The notes under the pieces were generated by a model. The model did not search any database. It saw nothing but the letters and a program-made list of their open reading frames with translations, and was not told where the DNA came from. The position numbers were made by a program, and so were the translations under genes. A DNA stretch of 64,000 nt, taken from the NCBI RefSeq assembly GCF_004010195.1, contig NC_057720.1, positions 35,727,345 to 35,791,344 of the forward strand. Direction: 5' to 3'. Positions 13,600-25,486 of this stretch are shown here, piece after piece. Each line of letters opens with the position of its first letter. Position 1 is the first letter of the stretch. This DNA comes from Chiloscyllium plagiosum. Lineage: Eukaryota.

Positions 13600-14220
13600 C
13601 CTGTCTCAGATCATCAGCTGCTGATACTCTCATGCATAGCTTTGTTGCTTCAAGATTCAACTATTCTCACACATTCTTGGCTGGTGTCCCAGATGCTATT
13701 CTATGTAAACTTAAGGTCATCTAACACTCTTACTGCTGCTGTCTTAATTTACAGCAAATTCCATTCTCCTACCACAGTGACGCTCAATGACTAGCATTGA
13801 CTCCTGGCCAAGCAACGTCTTGATTTTAAGATTTCTAATTCCATTTTCACACCCTCCGTAGTTTTGCCTCTCTCTATCTCTATAATCTCCTGCTACTCTA
13901 TAATCTCTGAAACTATTTCACTCCTCTAATTGTGACCTTGAGTGTATACCTGATTTTAAACACTTCACCATTGCTGGCTGTGTCTTCAGTTGCCTATGTC
14001 AAAGCTCTGGAATACCTTCCCGACATGTCTCTGCCTCTACATCACTTTCCTCCTTTTAAGATGCTCCTCCTTAAAACCTACCTTGATAAAGGTTTGGCTC
14101 ATTTGACCTAACATCTCCTAACATGGCTTTGAGTCCAACTGGTTTTATAATGTTCTTGTGAGGTGTCTTGGAACCTTGCATGATGTTAAAGCTTCTATGT
14201 CAATGTAAGTTTTATTGTCT
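13600..14220 (+). mobile_element. L2-clade LINE, 3' end of ORF2 and 3' UTR
   Basis: Translates with decay to AADTLMHSFVASRFNYSHTFLAGVPDAILCKLKVI*, matching the L2 motif LIHAFVTSRLDYSNALLAGLP. Confidence 0.8.
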
Positions 14221-14411
14221 CCTGCAGCTCCAATTTTGAATCTTTCCAAAGAAATTTTCAGCTGTACCCTGATGCTGAAAGATCCCTTTCCAAAATCTCA
14301 AATGGCACCTGTCACTATCACTGTGATGTATTTTTACTCCTTGCCTTTCACAGTATCAATTCATCCATTGACATGGTCACCACACAATCCTCTTTCAAGG
14401 ATTGTGCATAC

Positions 14412-14528
14412 ACAATCTGTTTCATCATCGTTCACAAGCTCAGCTTTTGGCTTCTTGTACTCTGCGTCACAAGGACCACCTACTTCTATCTCCATCATCT
14501 ACTTCCCTCACTGCCTCAGGACATCTGT
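14412..14528 (+). repeat. 117-bp dispersed direct repeat, copy 1 (copy 2 at 15975-16091)
   Basis: acaatctgtt...gcgtcacaaggaccacctactt...acatctgt. About 7 mismatches by eye. Confidence 0.9.
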
Positions 14529-14707
14529 ATCATTTCCTGTATCATTCAGCTTTGTGAGGTTGACCTCAGTTGATTTTACTCCAAGTTATCCAATCTAAGT
14601 AAGACAATATGAAGCAATGGCATGTCTGCCCATCCCTTCATCATTGCCCCTGCACTTACCATAAGATCTTTTTTAGGCTCCCTCCAATTCCTCACTTATA
14701 ACAACAC

Positions 14708-15842
14708 TTAGAACATAGAACAGTACAGCTCAGTACAGGCCCTTTGGCCCTCAATGTTGCATCGACCTGTGAAACCAATCTTAAGCCCTTCTAACCCACA
14801 CTATTCCGTTATCATCCATATGTTTATCCAGTGACCATTTAAATGCCCTTAATGCGAGTCTACTACTGTTGCAGGCAGGGCATTCCACGTCCTTACTACT
14901 CACTGAGTAAAGAATCTACCTCTGACACCTTCCTATATCTTATCATCCCTTAATTTGAAGCAATGTCCCCTCGTGCTAGCCATCACCATCCGAGGAAAAA
15001 GGCTCTCCGTCTGCAGCCTACATAATCGTCTGATCATCTTGTATGCCTCTATTAAATCACCTCTTATCCTGCTTCTCTCAAACTAAAGCAGCCTCAAGTC
15101 CCTCAGCCTTTCCTCATATGACCTTCCCTCTATATCAGGCAACATCCTGGTATGGAAGGATGTGGAGGTACTGGAACGGGTGCAGAGGAGGTTTACCAGG
15201 ATGTTGCCTGGTATGGTAGAAAGATCGTATGAGGAAAGGCTGAGGCACTTGGGGTTGTTTTCATTGGAGAAAAGAAGGTTTAGGGGTGACTTGATAGAGG
15301 TGTACAAGATGATTAGGGGTTTAGATAGGGTCGACAGTGAGAATCTTTTTCCACGTATGGAGTCAGCTATTACAAGGGGCATAGCTTTAAATTAAGGGGG
15401 GGTAGGTATAGGACAGATGTTAGGGGTAGGTTCTTTACTCAGCGAGTTGTGAGTTCACGGAATGCCCTGCCAGTAGCAGTGGTGGACTCTCCCTCATTAT
15501 GGGCATTTAAGCGGGCATTGGATAGGCATATGGAGGATAGTGGGCTAATGTAGGTTAGGTGGGCTTGGATCGGCGCAACATCGAGGGCCGAAGGGCCTGT
15601 ACTGCACTGTATTCTTCTATGTTCTATGTTCTAAATCTCCTCTGCACCCTTGCCAATGCTTCCATATCCTTCCTATAATGTGGCTATCAGAACTGTACAC
15701 AATACTCCAAATGTGGCCCGCATCAGAGTTTTGTACAGCTGCAGCATGACCCCATGGCACCAAAACTCAATCCCTCTATCAATAAAAGCTAACATACCAT
15801 ACGCCTTCTCAACAACCCTATCAACCTGGGTGGCAACTTTCA
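14708..15842 (-). mobile_element. CR1 LINE 3' part, interrupted by an opposite-strand CR1
   Basis: Tail agaacatagaacag. Host sequence caacatcctggt|aaatctcctctgcacc is split at ~15150/15633. Confidence 0.9.
15151..15632 (+). mobile_element. Young 5'-truncated CR1 nested in a CR1
   Basis: ORF 15162-15395 reads LERVQRRFTRMLPG...YEERLRHLGLFSLEKRRFRGDLIEVYK. CpGs are retained. Tail ttctatgttctatgttct. Confidence 0.95.
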
Positions 15843-15974
15843 CTTAGACAAAATCATCCAGGCACATTGGAAAAAAAAGAAGCAACAGTTTTGACCCCAT
15901 CACAAATTCTGTTCCCTTGCCACTGATTCCATCCCTGCTACCCAACAATTGATTGCTTCAGACTGAGTACATAA

Positions 15975-16091
15975 ACAATCTGTTCCATCATCATTCACAA
16001 GCTCAGCTTTTGGCTCCCTGTACTCTGCGTCACAAGGACCACCTACTTCCATCTCCATCATCTACTTCCCTCACTGCCGCAGCACATCTGT
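15975..16091 (+). repeat. 117-bp dispersed direct repeat, copy 2
   Basis: Matches 14412-14528. Confidence 0.9.
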
Positions 16092-16094
16092 CAT

Positions 16095-16571
16095 GGAGTC
16101 ATAGAGATGTACAGCACAGAAACAGACCCTTTGGTCCAACTCGTCCATGTTGACCAGATATCCCAATCCAATGTAGTCCCACCTGTTAGCACCTGGCCCA
16201 TATCACACCAAACCCTTCCTATTCATATACTCATCCAGATGCCTTCTAAATGTTGCAATTATACGAGCCTCCATCACTTCCTCTGGCAGCCCATTCCATA
16301 TCCTTCCTATAATGTGGCCATCAGAATTGTACACAATACTCCAAGTGTGGCCTGCATCAGAGTTTTGTATCACCCTCTGCGTGAAAATGTTGCCCATTAG
16401 ATCTCATTTATAACTTTCCCCTCTCACCCTAAACCTATTCCCTCTAGGTCTGGTCTCCCCCACCCCAGGAAAAAGACCTTGTCTGTTGTCTGTTTACCCT
16501 ATCCATGTCCCTCATGATTTTATAAACCTCGATAAGGTCACCCCTCAGCCTCTGATGCTCCAGGGAAAACA
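16095..16571 (-). mobile_element. CR1 LINE 3' end carrying a 76-bp out-of-order insert
   Basis: Tail gagtcatagagatgtacagc. 16294-16369 duplicates 15660-15735. Confidence 0.9.
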
Positions 16572-16684
16572 GAGTCATTTGAAATCCATATGTTCCTTAT
16601 TTCGCTCTTTTCACAGAAATGTTATTATCTCTGGAGCAGGTGGGACTTAGACCTGGGTGTCCCTGAAGGGTTCATTCTTTTTGA

Positions 16685-16990
16685 ATTGATTTATTATTGT
16701 ACCGATACACAGTGAAAAGTACAGTTTTGTGCTGAGCAGACATGTCATATCTTACATAAGTCTATCAGGGTATCAGAGCAGAATACAGAATGTAGTATTG
16801 CAGCTACACAGAAGGTGCAGAAAAAGATCAACTCTAATATTTGAGATGTCAGTTCATCAGTCTGATAATAGTAGGGAAGAAGCTGTTCTTAAATCTGTTA
16901 GTACATGTTTCAAATCTTTGTATCATCTGCCAGATGGAAGAAGGTACAAGAGATTACAATTGAGGTGAGAGGGGTCTTTGTTGGCTGCTT
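16685..16990 (-). mobile_element. Rex1/Babar-like LINE 3' fragment
   Basis: gggaagaagctgttcttaaatctgttagtac...ctgccagatggaagaagg resembles the antisense of Rex1-type 3' ends (recalled, not searched). Confidence 0.55.
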
Positions 16991-18324
16991 GCCCTTGTCA
17001 CCCAAGCCTCACTAATCTTGTTAACAACGTTCACACAGATAGTGCTCGCAAATCATCACAAATACTGGTAAATATAAAAATAGATTCTGCTCTTTAAGTA
17101 TTCAGATTTAATGAGCTTTTAGAGAGTTTTGTAAGTCTTCCTATTGTTGAGGTGACTGTTCCAGGAACAGTCCTTAAATTAAAATGTCTTTTTGACAGAA
17201 TGTAAAATACAAGACTTCACCATTAAAATTGGTTTTGATATTAAGAACTTCTTATGGAATCTCTGTGAGATTTTATCTTTAAAATCTTTAAAAAGTAGAT
17301 CAAGATGTTGAGCCTTTGAAATAAAATCAGGTGGAACAGTTTGTGAGCCATCCCTAATTTAAACAAATATTAACAAATGACAATGTAATCATTCCTTGCA
17401 TTTCTAAGATGCTATTTTTGTCCATATTATGGGATTTTAAAAATAGAGATCACTCAAACTTCAACTAGAAGCCTGAAAACATTGAGGTAATTGTTATTAT
17501 TTTAACGAGAGATACATCTGGTGTTTTATTTCAGGCACTAGGGACAGCAATGATGTTGTGATGCTTGGAAGGAATTTAGAAATGATATATATTTTGAATG
17601 AAAGGTCATTCTGGACCAGGCCGGGAACATGCTCAACTATTTACAAATGAGAAATCTTCCTGATTTGAGGAAAAGACTGGTGGTGCAGTGTGGGTCTGCT
17701 GAAGCTTTCAAAGCCATGTGGTTTCGTTATGTTGATCTTTAAATCAAAGCCTGTCCCACAGACAGCAGTACTACCAGAAAGATGCATTAACCCATTCACC
17801 AACATTATGGTTTTTCTGATTTATACTCTGTATTGAGGTATGAATTTCCATGCTTGCTGCTATTTATATCCTTGCAGAGATCAATAATTGCTACCGTGTA
17901 GCATTCTGCTACTTAAATAGACACAATTTATTGGAGAGTTCAGTTACATTTTTTAAAAGAATCCAGTTATTGTAGGAACATTTATACTATGAACAACACA
18001 TCTTTTCCCAGGCAAGATGGCAAACAACTTTTTACCAACCTCCTGCCAATGCTGCTCTCGAGGAGGCATGAGTTGTGATCTACCTCATATTGAAAAAGAG
18101 CTGAAAATGAGCAAGGAAATCTTCAAAGGAGACTTGTTCTTTCCTCTGTAGAAAATATATCATTTCTATTGATTCATTGACTCAATGTTTTGCATCATTC
18201 AGTTTAAGAGCACCTATAATCTTGTGTTGCAGTGAAACCCATAAGTCAAAGCTGCGTCTTATTAGGATTTCTCTGTTTGCATTGGCTAACAGAACAAGGT
18301 GCCTCTAGAAATGAATGTAATATG

Positions 18325-18545
18325 ACATGATGTAATTTTAATTCCGTTGATAAAACTGAAATTAAAAGCCAGTCTAATGGTGACCATGAAACCATTGTTG
18401 ATTGTGGTGAAAACCCATCTAGTTCATGAATGACCTTTAGGAAAGGAAAATCTGCCACCTTCACCTGGTCTATTCTGTGTGTGACTCCACACTCCCAGCA
18501 ATGTGCTTTAGTTATAAATGCCTCTCAAAAGACCAAGCAAGCCAA
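18325..18545 (+). mobile_element. SINE-like repeat (same family as 5128-5537)
   Basis: ggtgaccatgaaaccattgttgattgt...cctttaggaaaggaaaatctgccacct. Confidence 0.7.
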
Positions 18546-20059
18546 ATTGTAACAAATCACTGATGAGGCTGATAACAAGACTGAACTGCTGAAACAAGAT
18601 TTATCAATGTTGTTCAACAGCTGATAGGTGCATTCAAGATACAAGTTTGGGCAGGCAGTATGAAGGTGATGACATCTCAAATCTTAAATACCCTACACCA
18701 TAAATACCATACCAGCACATACAGTCATCCAATTATCTATGATACTAAGGTGAGACTTTTCAGTTGGCCATAACAGCTGAATAAGAAATAGGTAGACCTA
18801 TTGGTGCCATTGTATATAGAAACGAGTTTAAAAATGCCCCAGTAGATTGCTGCCATATTCCTAATTTAGAAACTTTATTACAACAATCTATCAATGTTCA
18901 TCAAATGTCATTCTTGGAAGGTATTTATTCTTTCTGCTTAAGTTATGTTTTGAGAAGTTGTGTCCCTCTATCGTCTTTCGCCTGGTATCATCTAAAACAG
19001 TGTTAGAGGAACTGCATGGGTTTACAGTTTCAGTTCACATGATTCATCTCCTAGGCTAATACAGGTCGAGACAAAAATGTGCTTGTAACAAAAAGAAGGC
19101 TGAATACAGGCAAAGTACGTTAGTTTTGCAGAACGTGCTCTGATAATACTTCAACAGAAGTACATAAGTACAGCACTAAAACTTTCATCCGTTATGTTGC
19201 TGAGTTTGCGAGCAGTGCAGCTTTATAAGGAAAAAAAAGCAGACTCCTCAGAATGAATAGAACTCTGTGCATTTTTGACATTTTCAAGTAATGTATAAAG
19301 AGAAGATTTAAAAGTCGCTCCACACATAAGTTCAAAATCCAGCTATGAAGAATAACATTTAATTTAATTATCTGTTTTGTGCCTGTTAAGGATTTTTAAA
19401 AAGATGAGTTTGATCAGATTTTTTCGTGCCTTTCAGCCAGCATAGAAATCCTAATAATTCACCAATGGTTGGGAATTCACACAAATTCCTTGACAAAATA
19501 GAAATGTTCTTGCTGAGCTGCCCAAAATGCAGAAATTAAATACACCATTTATAAATCATGAAACACTTTTGGAAGTGTTCATCATGAAAACACATTCTTT
19601 AGCTAGCTATGGTATAAAATTACTATTATTTCAATAATTGTAAACAGCAGCAACAGTGATTCAGAGATTGGCTGGTGAACCAATTATTAATAAATACCAG
19701 AAGTACTGAGAAAGAATGAATGTTCACCAAGTAAAACTTTACAAATAAATATATCAGCTTTGTGAATGTTTTTTTTGGTTCATTTGATTCCTTTAAGTCC
19801 AAGCCAACTTATTGTATTTTAAAATAAACCACTATTTAGGTATGGCTGAAAAGAGACACATCTTGCCAAAGCTCAATCCTGAGTGTCCTAATAGCTACAC
19901 TAAAAAAATTTAAGATCACATATGAACTTGTAATATAGCTCATCTATGCTTTTGATAAATGGCATACATTCATTCATGTAATCATTCTCTGGAAACAAAA
20001 ATAATATGTTCAAAATGTTCACCTTATTGAACTGTCCAGGAGCTTGGGGAACCTATATT

Positions 20060-20232
20060 TTCCCATTGTGTTCTCTATGGCAAAGCCTCAGCCAATCAAT
20101 GACTTGCCAACCAATCAGCAGCCCTTTGTCCTGTAGTATAAGTTATTGAGATTGTTTGAAATTTGGCATTCTTGCCTTTGTCCTGATGAGTACAAAATGA
20201 AAAGCTTCAGCAAACTGTCCCTCATTTCAGCA
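20060..20232 (+). mobile_element. Ancient PLE terminus (family D) with a near-complete minimal hammerhead
   Basis: ttgtcCTGATGAgtacaaaatGAAaagcttCagcaa at 20178-20213. A partial inverted copy lies at ~19843-19874. Confidence 0.65.
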
Positions 20233-20760
20233 AAAGCTTTTTTTATGCTGAACAATTTTACCTAACTTTTTAAAATATTGAATATTGTGTAAACAATTTT
20301 ACAATAGTAATGTACAATTCTTATCTTGCTAAGCTCAGGAACTTGGTGGGCAAATGCATAGAGCTACCTTCAACATGTGGTCAAAAGGACAGTCAATAGC
20401 TGAGTTGACATAAGTGTCATCGCTTGTGTATTTCCTAACAGGATCAACTGAAAAGATTTGTTCCACATCATTGATAAATAGTTTGAAAATCCACCAACTT
20501 TCTGGTACCCTTTGGCCTATCATGTCTGTACTGCCGAAAATATGTTATTACCTGCACTCGTCCCACTTTCTTCCAGTAGGCCCAGAGCCTTGAATGTTAG
20601 GATGCTTCAGGTGCTTATCCAAGTACTTTTTAATGGTTGTGAGGTTTCCTGCCTCAACTACCCTCCCAGGCAATGGATTCCAGATCTCCAACACCCCCTG
20701 GATGAAAAAGCTTTTCCTTAAATTCCCTCAAAACCTCTTGCCTTTCACTTTAAAATTATG

Positions 20761-20990
20761 TTAGAAATCACACAACACCAGGTTTATTTGAAAGTCCAAG
20801 CTTTCAGAGCGCCACTCCTTTGTCTGGTAACTAGTGAGGCAGGGTCATAGAACACAGAATTTATTGTTAAAGATCAACGTGTCATACAACTGATGCAATG
20901 TATTGAGCAAACCTAGATTGCTGTTAAGTCTTTAATCACTCAGAATGGGGATGCAGGTTTTCATTGATTATTATGTAAATCCCAGAACTC
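20761..20990 (-). mobile_element. PLE-derived family B element with longer internal sequence
   Basis: aaatcacacaacaccaggtttatttgaaagtccaagctttcagagcgccactcc plus ~160 bp that is absent from the short copies. Confidence 0.7.
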
Positions 20991-21333
20991 TTGAGGAACA
21001 GCTGCTTTCTATTCACTCTGGCCCCTCATAATCTTATAGACCTCTGTCATGCTCTCCTCTTCAACCTTCTCTTCAAAGAAAACAAACCACAAGCTTATCC
21101 AACCTCTCTTCCATAGCTGAAATACTCCATTCCAGGTGAATCTCCTTTGCACTCTCTCCAGTGCAATGAGGTCATTATGTGGTGACCAGAACTCCACACA
21201 GTACTCCTAATCAAAGTCTGTACAGCTCCGACATGACCTCCTTGTTCTGATGATCTATGACGAGATTAAGGCTTCTTATCTACTCTATTAATCTGCCCTG
21301 CCACCTTCAGGGATCTGTGGACAAGCACTCCAA

Positions 21334-21630
21334 GATTAGATTAGATTACATTACAGCGTGGAAACAGGCCCTTCGGCCCAACAAGTCCACACCGACCCGC
21401 CGAAGCGCAACCCACCCATACCCCTACATTTACCCCTTACCTAACACTACGGGCAATTTAGCATGGCCAATTCACCTGACCTGCACATCTTTGGACTGTG
21501 GGAGGAAACCGGAGCATCCGGAGGAAACCCACGCAGACTCGGGGAGAATGTGCAAACTCCACACAGTCAGTCGCCTGAGGCGGGAATTGAACCCGGGTCT
21601 CAGGCGCTGTGAGGCAGCAGTGCTAACCAC
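21334..21630 (-). mobile_element. HE1-type V-SINE (tRNA-derived head, CR1-derived tail), young copy
   Basis: Minus strand: gtggttagcactgctgcctcacagcgcc...ggttcaattcc (A/B boxes), V-domain ggtttcctccggatgctccggtttcctcccacagtccaaagatgtgcagg, tail (aatct)n. Confidence 0.92.
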
Positions 21631-22199
21631 CATCCTTCTATTCCTCCAAGACTCCACGTGTCTCCAATTAGATTTCAGCCTAATTGTTTAAATTAGGCTG
21701 AAATCTGGGCTAAAAATTGGCCTATCCATTGAACCTTTTACTGGGGTGATGCCATTTTCAGCTCTAAACATCGGCAGCAATGTGAATGGGGACATCATTA
21801 AGCTGTGGATATCCAAACCAATGTTTCCGTCCTGGGATGCAGTGCTCAGAATTAACACAGTCATCCTGATGAAGTTTAAACAAGAACTGTCTATAATTGC
21901 CATAACTTCCATCAATTCCAACTCTGTTTTCAAGTTTATTTTTATATCTAACCATTTATTTTTAATATTTCCTGTCCATGGAACCCTAAATTTCTTGTTG
22001 CTAATATAGTTCCATGGTATATAGAAAGCACTCATCTATCTAACTTAGCTCCACACTGGTTGACTTTATACTTTCCCACTTGGGCAAAACTCTAGATGAT
22101 GGAGTTCAATCGCTTAATGTATTGATGTTCCTTGGCAACTTTCTATTTCCACTCAACTTGTTTACACTTGGCACCTAACCTTGTACAATCAACAAATGA

Positions 22200-22640
22200 T
22201 CTGGCTTGCATGCTGTGCGTTTACAACATTAACTGTTTTGTTTCATTAAAATCACTAATTAGTTACGGGCATTTGGATTATCGTTCGATAGCTTTTCTGT
22301 GAAATTCTTATGAATGTCTGCAATACATTTAAAAAATGCAAGCAAGGAATCAATAAGAGTGGAGTGTGGGAAAGGGTCGAGTGTTTTTAAACAAGCTTTA
22401 CTTGCTTTTTCCTCATTCTCTCTCATGCTTGGGTGGCGAGATTAATTACCAGAGTCAATTTGATGTTTATACTGTGATGTTTTAACTAATTACCTCTAAA
22501 GACAGACAACAGTGCCTAATCTTGTTAATTTAATTCCTACAACCGCCTTATTAAGCTCAGTGGGAGATTACTAGGAAGTGTCAGTATACAGTCGCATAGC
22601 AAACTTGTCTCTTTAAAAGATGTCAGAAAGTAATCATTCT
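22200..22640. promoter_or_regulatory. Candidate conserved non-coding element
   Basis: Repeat-free, with retained CpGs and dense TAAT/ATTA motifs (ctaattag, gattaattac, ctaattac, gttaatttaatt). Conservation not tested. Confidence 0.4.
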
Positions 22641-23043
22641 AGGTTTGCACTAAACTAAACCTCCAAATAACATAAATAATAGGTACACTTCACACCAACA
22701 TTTAAAAATAAATTTTAAGTAATTAAAGAAAAATGACGTGATTCTGGTTCATCTTTAACAGAATCAATTCTTTACATTTTGAATAATTAAATAATAGTAT
22801 ATTAATAGCATTCTGTTTTATTACTGCTATGAAGAACCTTGGGGCACTTCATTACATTTAAGGGACTATATTAATATAAGTTGCCTTGATTTTAAAACTA
22901 TCTTCCTTGTTGATAAATCCATCCATGGCCAAATGCTTCACTATCTCTGCAATCTCTTCTGAGATATTTTCCTCCAAGCTTTTGTGTTCATCTCAGTCTC
23001 CCCTCTTACTCAAAGGACAGATTGCTGGACTATTGCAAGAACA

Positions 23044-23256
23044 AAGTTAAAAACCACACAACACCAGGTTATAGTCCAACAGGTTTATTTGGAGGTACAA
23101 GCTTTTGAAGCGCTGCTCTTTCATCAGTTAACTAGTGCAGACAAAGAAGCAATGCTCTGAAAGCCTGTACCTTCAAATAAACCTGTTGGACTATATCTTG
23201 GTTTTGTATGATTTTTAACTTCATCCACCCCAGTCCAACACTGGCACCTCCACATC
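23044..23256. mobile_element. PLE-derived family B element, inverted pair
   Basis: Inverted arms. Exact 12-bp TSD attgcaagaaca at 23032-23043 and 23257-23268. Confidence 0.88.
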
Positions 23257-25266
23257 ATTGCAAGAACATGCATTGATTATTGATGTCCGTAGCATGACAG
23301 CAGCTTATTGACCCCGAGTGGCACTAAGCATAGATCTCACGACCTTTTTCTGCAACACTCACCAGTGATTGCTGTTGGTGCTGCAATAGATGCTGAGATA
23401 GTGACCACTCAATGCTTCATCAAAATTGCTTCTGCAGGTGTGGTCTGGAGTTTCCCATGAAAGGATGGATTCCTTGCTCAGTACAATGATGGTGCTATCC
23501 TGGTCTCCAATCCCTCTATTCTTGGCAGTGATAGTCTGGCATCTTGAGTGCAAGCTTAGCAGTTTTTCCTGTAAGCTGCCCATCTAAGGTTCTCTGGGAC
23601 CAGGTACTCAAACTGCCCTATTTCCCTAAACAGGCTGCAGCCCACTCCTACCCAATTACTCACTGTGCATGTACCCCAATTCCATTCGACCCAATAAGAT
23701 AGATGTAGTGCCAGTTTCTAAGCTGATGTTTGTAAGTGTTAGTTCAAGTGGTGGTATCTCTTCATCATTGGGGGTGCGTGATTGCCTCTGTCTTCCTCTC
23801 CCTGTTGAATATGTGTTGGCTGGTCAATAATTGAGTATCTGAAGGCATAAATTACACAAGGAAGGGATCCACTTTGTTTTTGAGTGACTAACAAGTAAGA
23901 GAATATAAGCCAACTTAACACAGATATTGCAATTGTATCATTTCAGTTTGGCTATATTGTCCCTGATGTAGTAATTCCATCATGCAGACAATTGAAAGCT
24001 ATTAGTGAAAATCGTTCCTGAAGATGTGAACACAGCATTGTTGAATCTGCCTACATATGTGACCAGATAAACAAGAGTGTTTATTGATAATGGGATTTTG
24101 CTGCTGTTCTACTTCTACTTGCTGTTTTAATGTGAATGGCTTCAGGGATTCAAAATAGCGCATAACACTAATTGTTGGAACAATGGACACCTTTTTTTTA
24201 AAACTGAAGTTCTGAATCATTTGTTACTTTGCATTGGTCTCTGTAGTTTAAACATAATTTATCATGTATAAAGCTTATTGAAATGTTTCAGTACAATATG
24301 GAACTACACAAAACTGTAAAGAGCTGGTCAATGTGTTTGCATTTTAGCACTATCCTCAAATGTACAATTATGTCTGGCAAACAAACTTGAAGAATTTCCC
24401 AGCCAGCAAACCAGGTATGTTTTATCAACCTCCTGACTTTTAAAACACCAAACACTGTGCTGACAACAGAAGTAGGATCTGTTCAGGTCCTAAGCATTTG
24501 CCTTAACTTGACCTGTTTTCACCAACCTTAACCTTACGGTTCACAGAGTCCGAAATAATTATCTGCATTAGCTTCCAATGTGTTTTCTACACTTCACTTG
24601 AGATCTCATACTGTTACCCCTTTTTTTCAGTCATGTATAACAAAATATAGACTACTTAACATGGGATTGCTATCGTATCCTTTCATTCTGGCCACATTAT
24701 CTGTTAAGCAGTAAGTTCTTCATGCCAGCAAAGAAAAATTGAAACTTTTAGCTGAAAATAGACAGTACACATAAGAGAACACTGTATTGTTCTCTTCTGC
24801 CTTCATGTGTAACCAGATATACAACAGGTGATGGAATTTTGCTCCAGTTCTACTTCCACCCTTCAGTTGATGATGTGAATAATTTGAGGGACTCACATAG
24901 ACACATATCTGCTGTGTCCCCATCGTTTCCCCAACAATATATGCTACATGTACAAGCAAAACTGATTCATGACCGAAATAGACATGGCATCTGATCCAGG
25001 AAGTCAGCAGGATGGAATCAGGCAGGATTGCTTTGGTAGACGTCAGCAAAGACTAGTTGGGCCAAAGGAATTGTTTCCATGTTGTATGCTTAAGACGTTA
25101 CGTTTGCCAGTAAAGTTTTCAATTCATATATTTGTTTTTAAATATCAAATGCACTGGTGAAGTACATTGGAGAGTTGGAATGACAGGACACAAGATATCA
25201 CAGATGTTGGATTCACACTTTGCTTTTGTCCTACAGTGCAGAGCAGAGTCTGACCATTTCTCTCAT

Positions 25267-25486
25267 GTTAAAAATCACAAAACACTAGGTTATAGTCCAA
25301 CAGGTTTATTTGGAAGTACTAGCTTTCGGAGCGCTGCTCCTTCATAGGTAGCTATGTACTACCTGATGAAGGAGCATCGCTTTGAAAGCTAGTGCTTCCA
25401 AATAAGCCTGTTGGACTATAACCTGGTGTTGTGTGATTTTTTTTTTTAACTTTGTCCACCCCAATCCAACACTTGCTCCTTCACAT
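25267..25486. mobile_element. PLE-derived family B element, inverted pair, best-preserved hammerhead cores
   Basis: Plus core CTGATGAaggagcatcgctttGAAAgcta from 25363. Minus arm has ggagcagcgctccGAAAgcta. TSD catttctct(c/a)at at 25255-25266 and 25487-25498. Confidence 0.88.

Larger units (their letters stand above)
20505..21660 (-). mobile_element. Decayed CR1 LINE hosting a family B element and an HE1 SINE
   Basis: ORF 21009-21197 reads EFWSPHNDLIALERVQRRFT. Confidence 0.85.

Noticed and set aside
21688..22035. Overlapping 115-, 87- and 63-aa ORFs
   Set aside because: No recognisable homology or exon boundaries.
24348..24414. Possible 67-nt plus-strand exon (ttttag|...ccag|gtatgt)
   Set aside because: Weak pyrimidine tract, unrecognised peptides, and the frame that would follow the 19-nt micro-exon hits a stop. 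Not excluded without RNA-seq.
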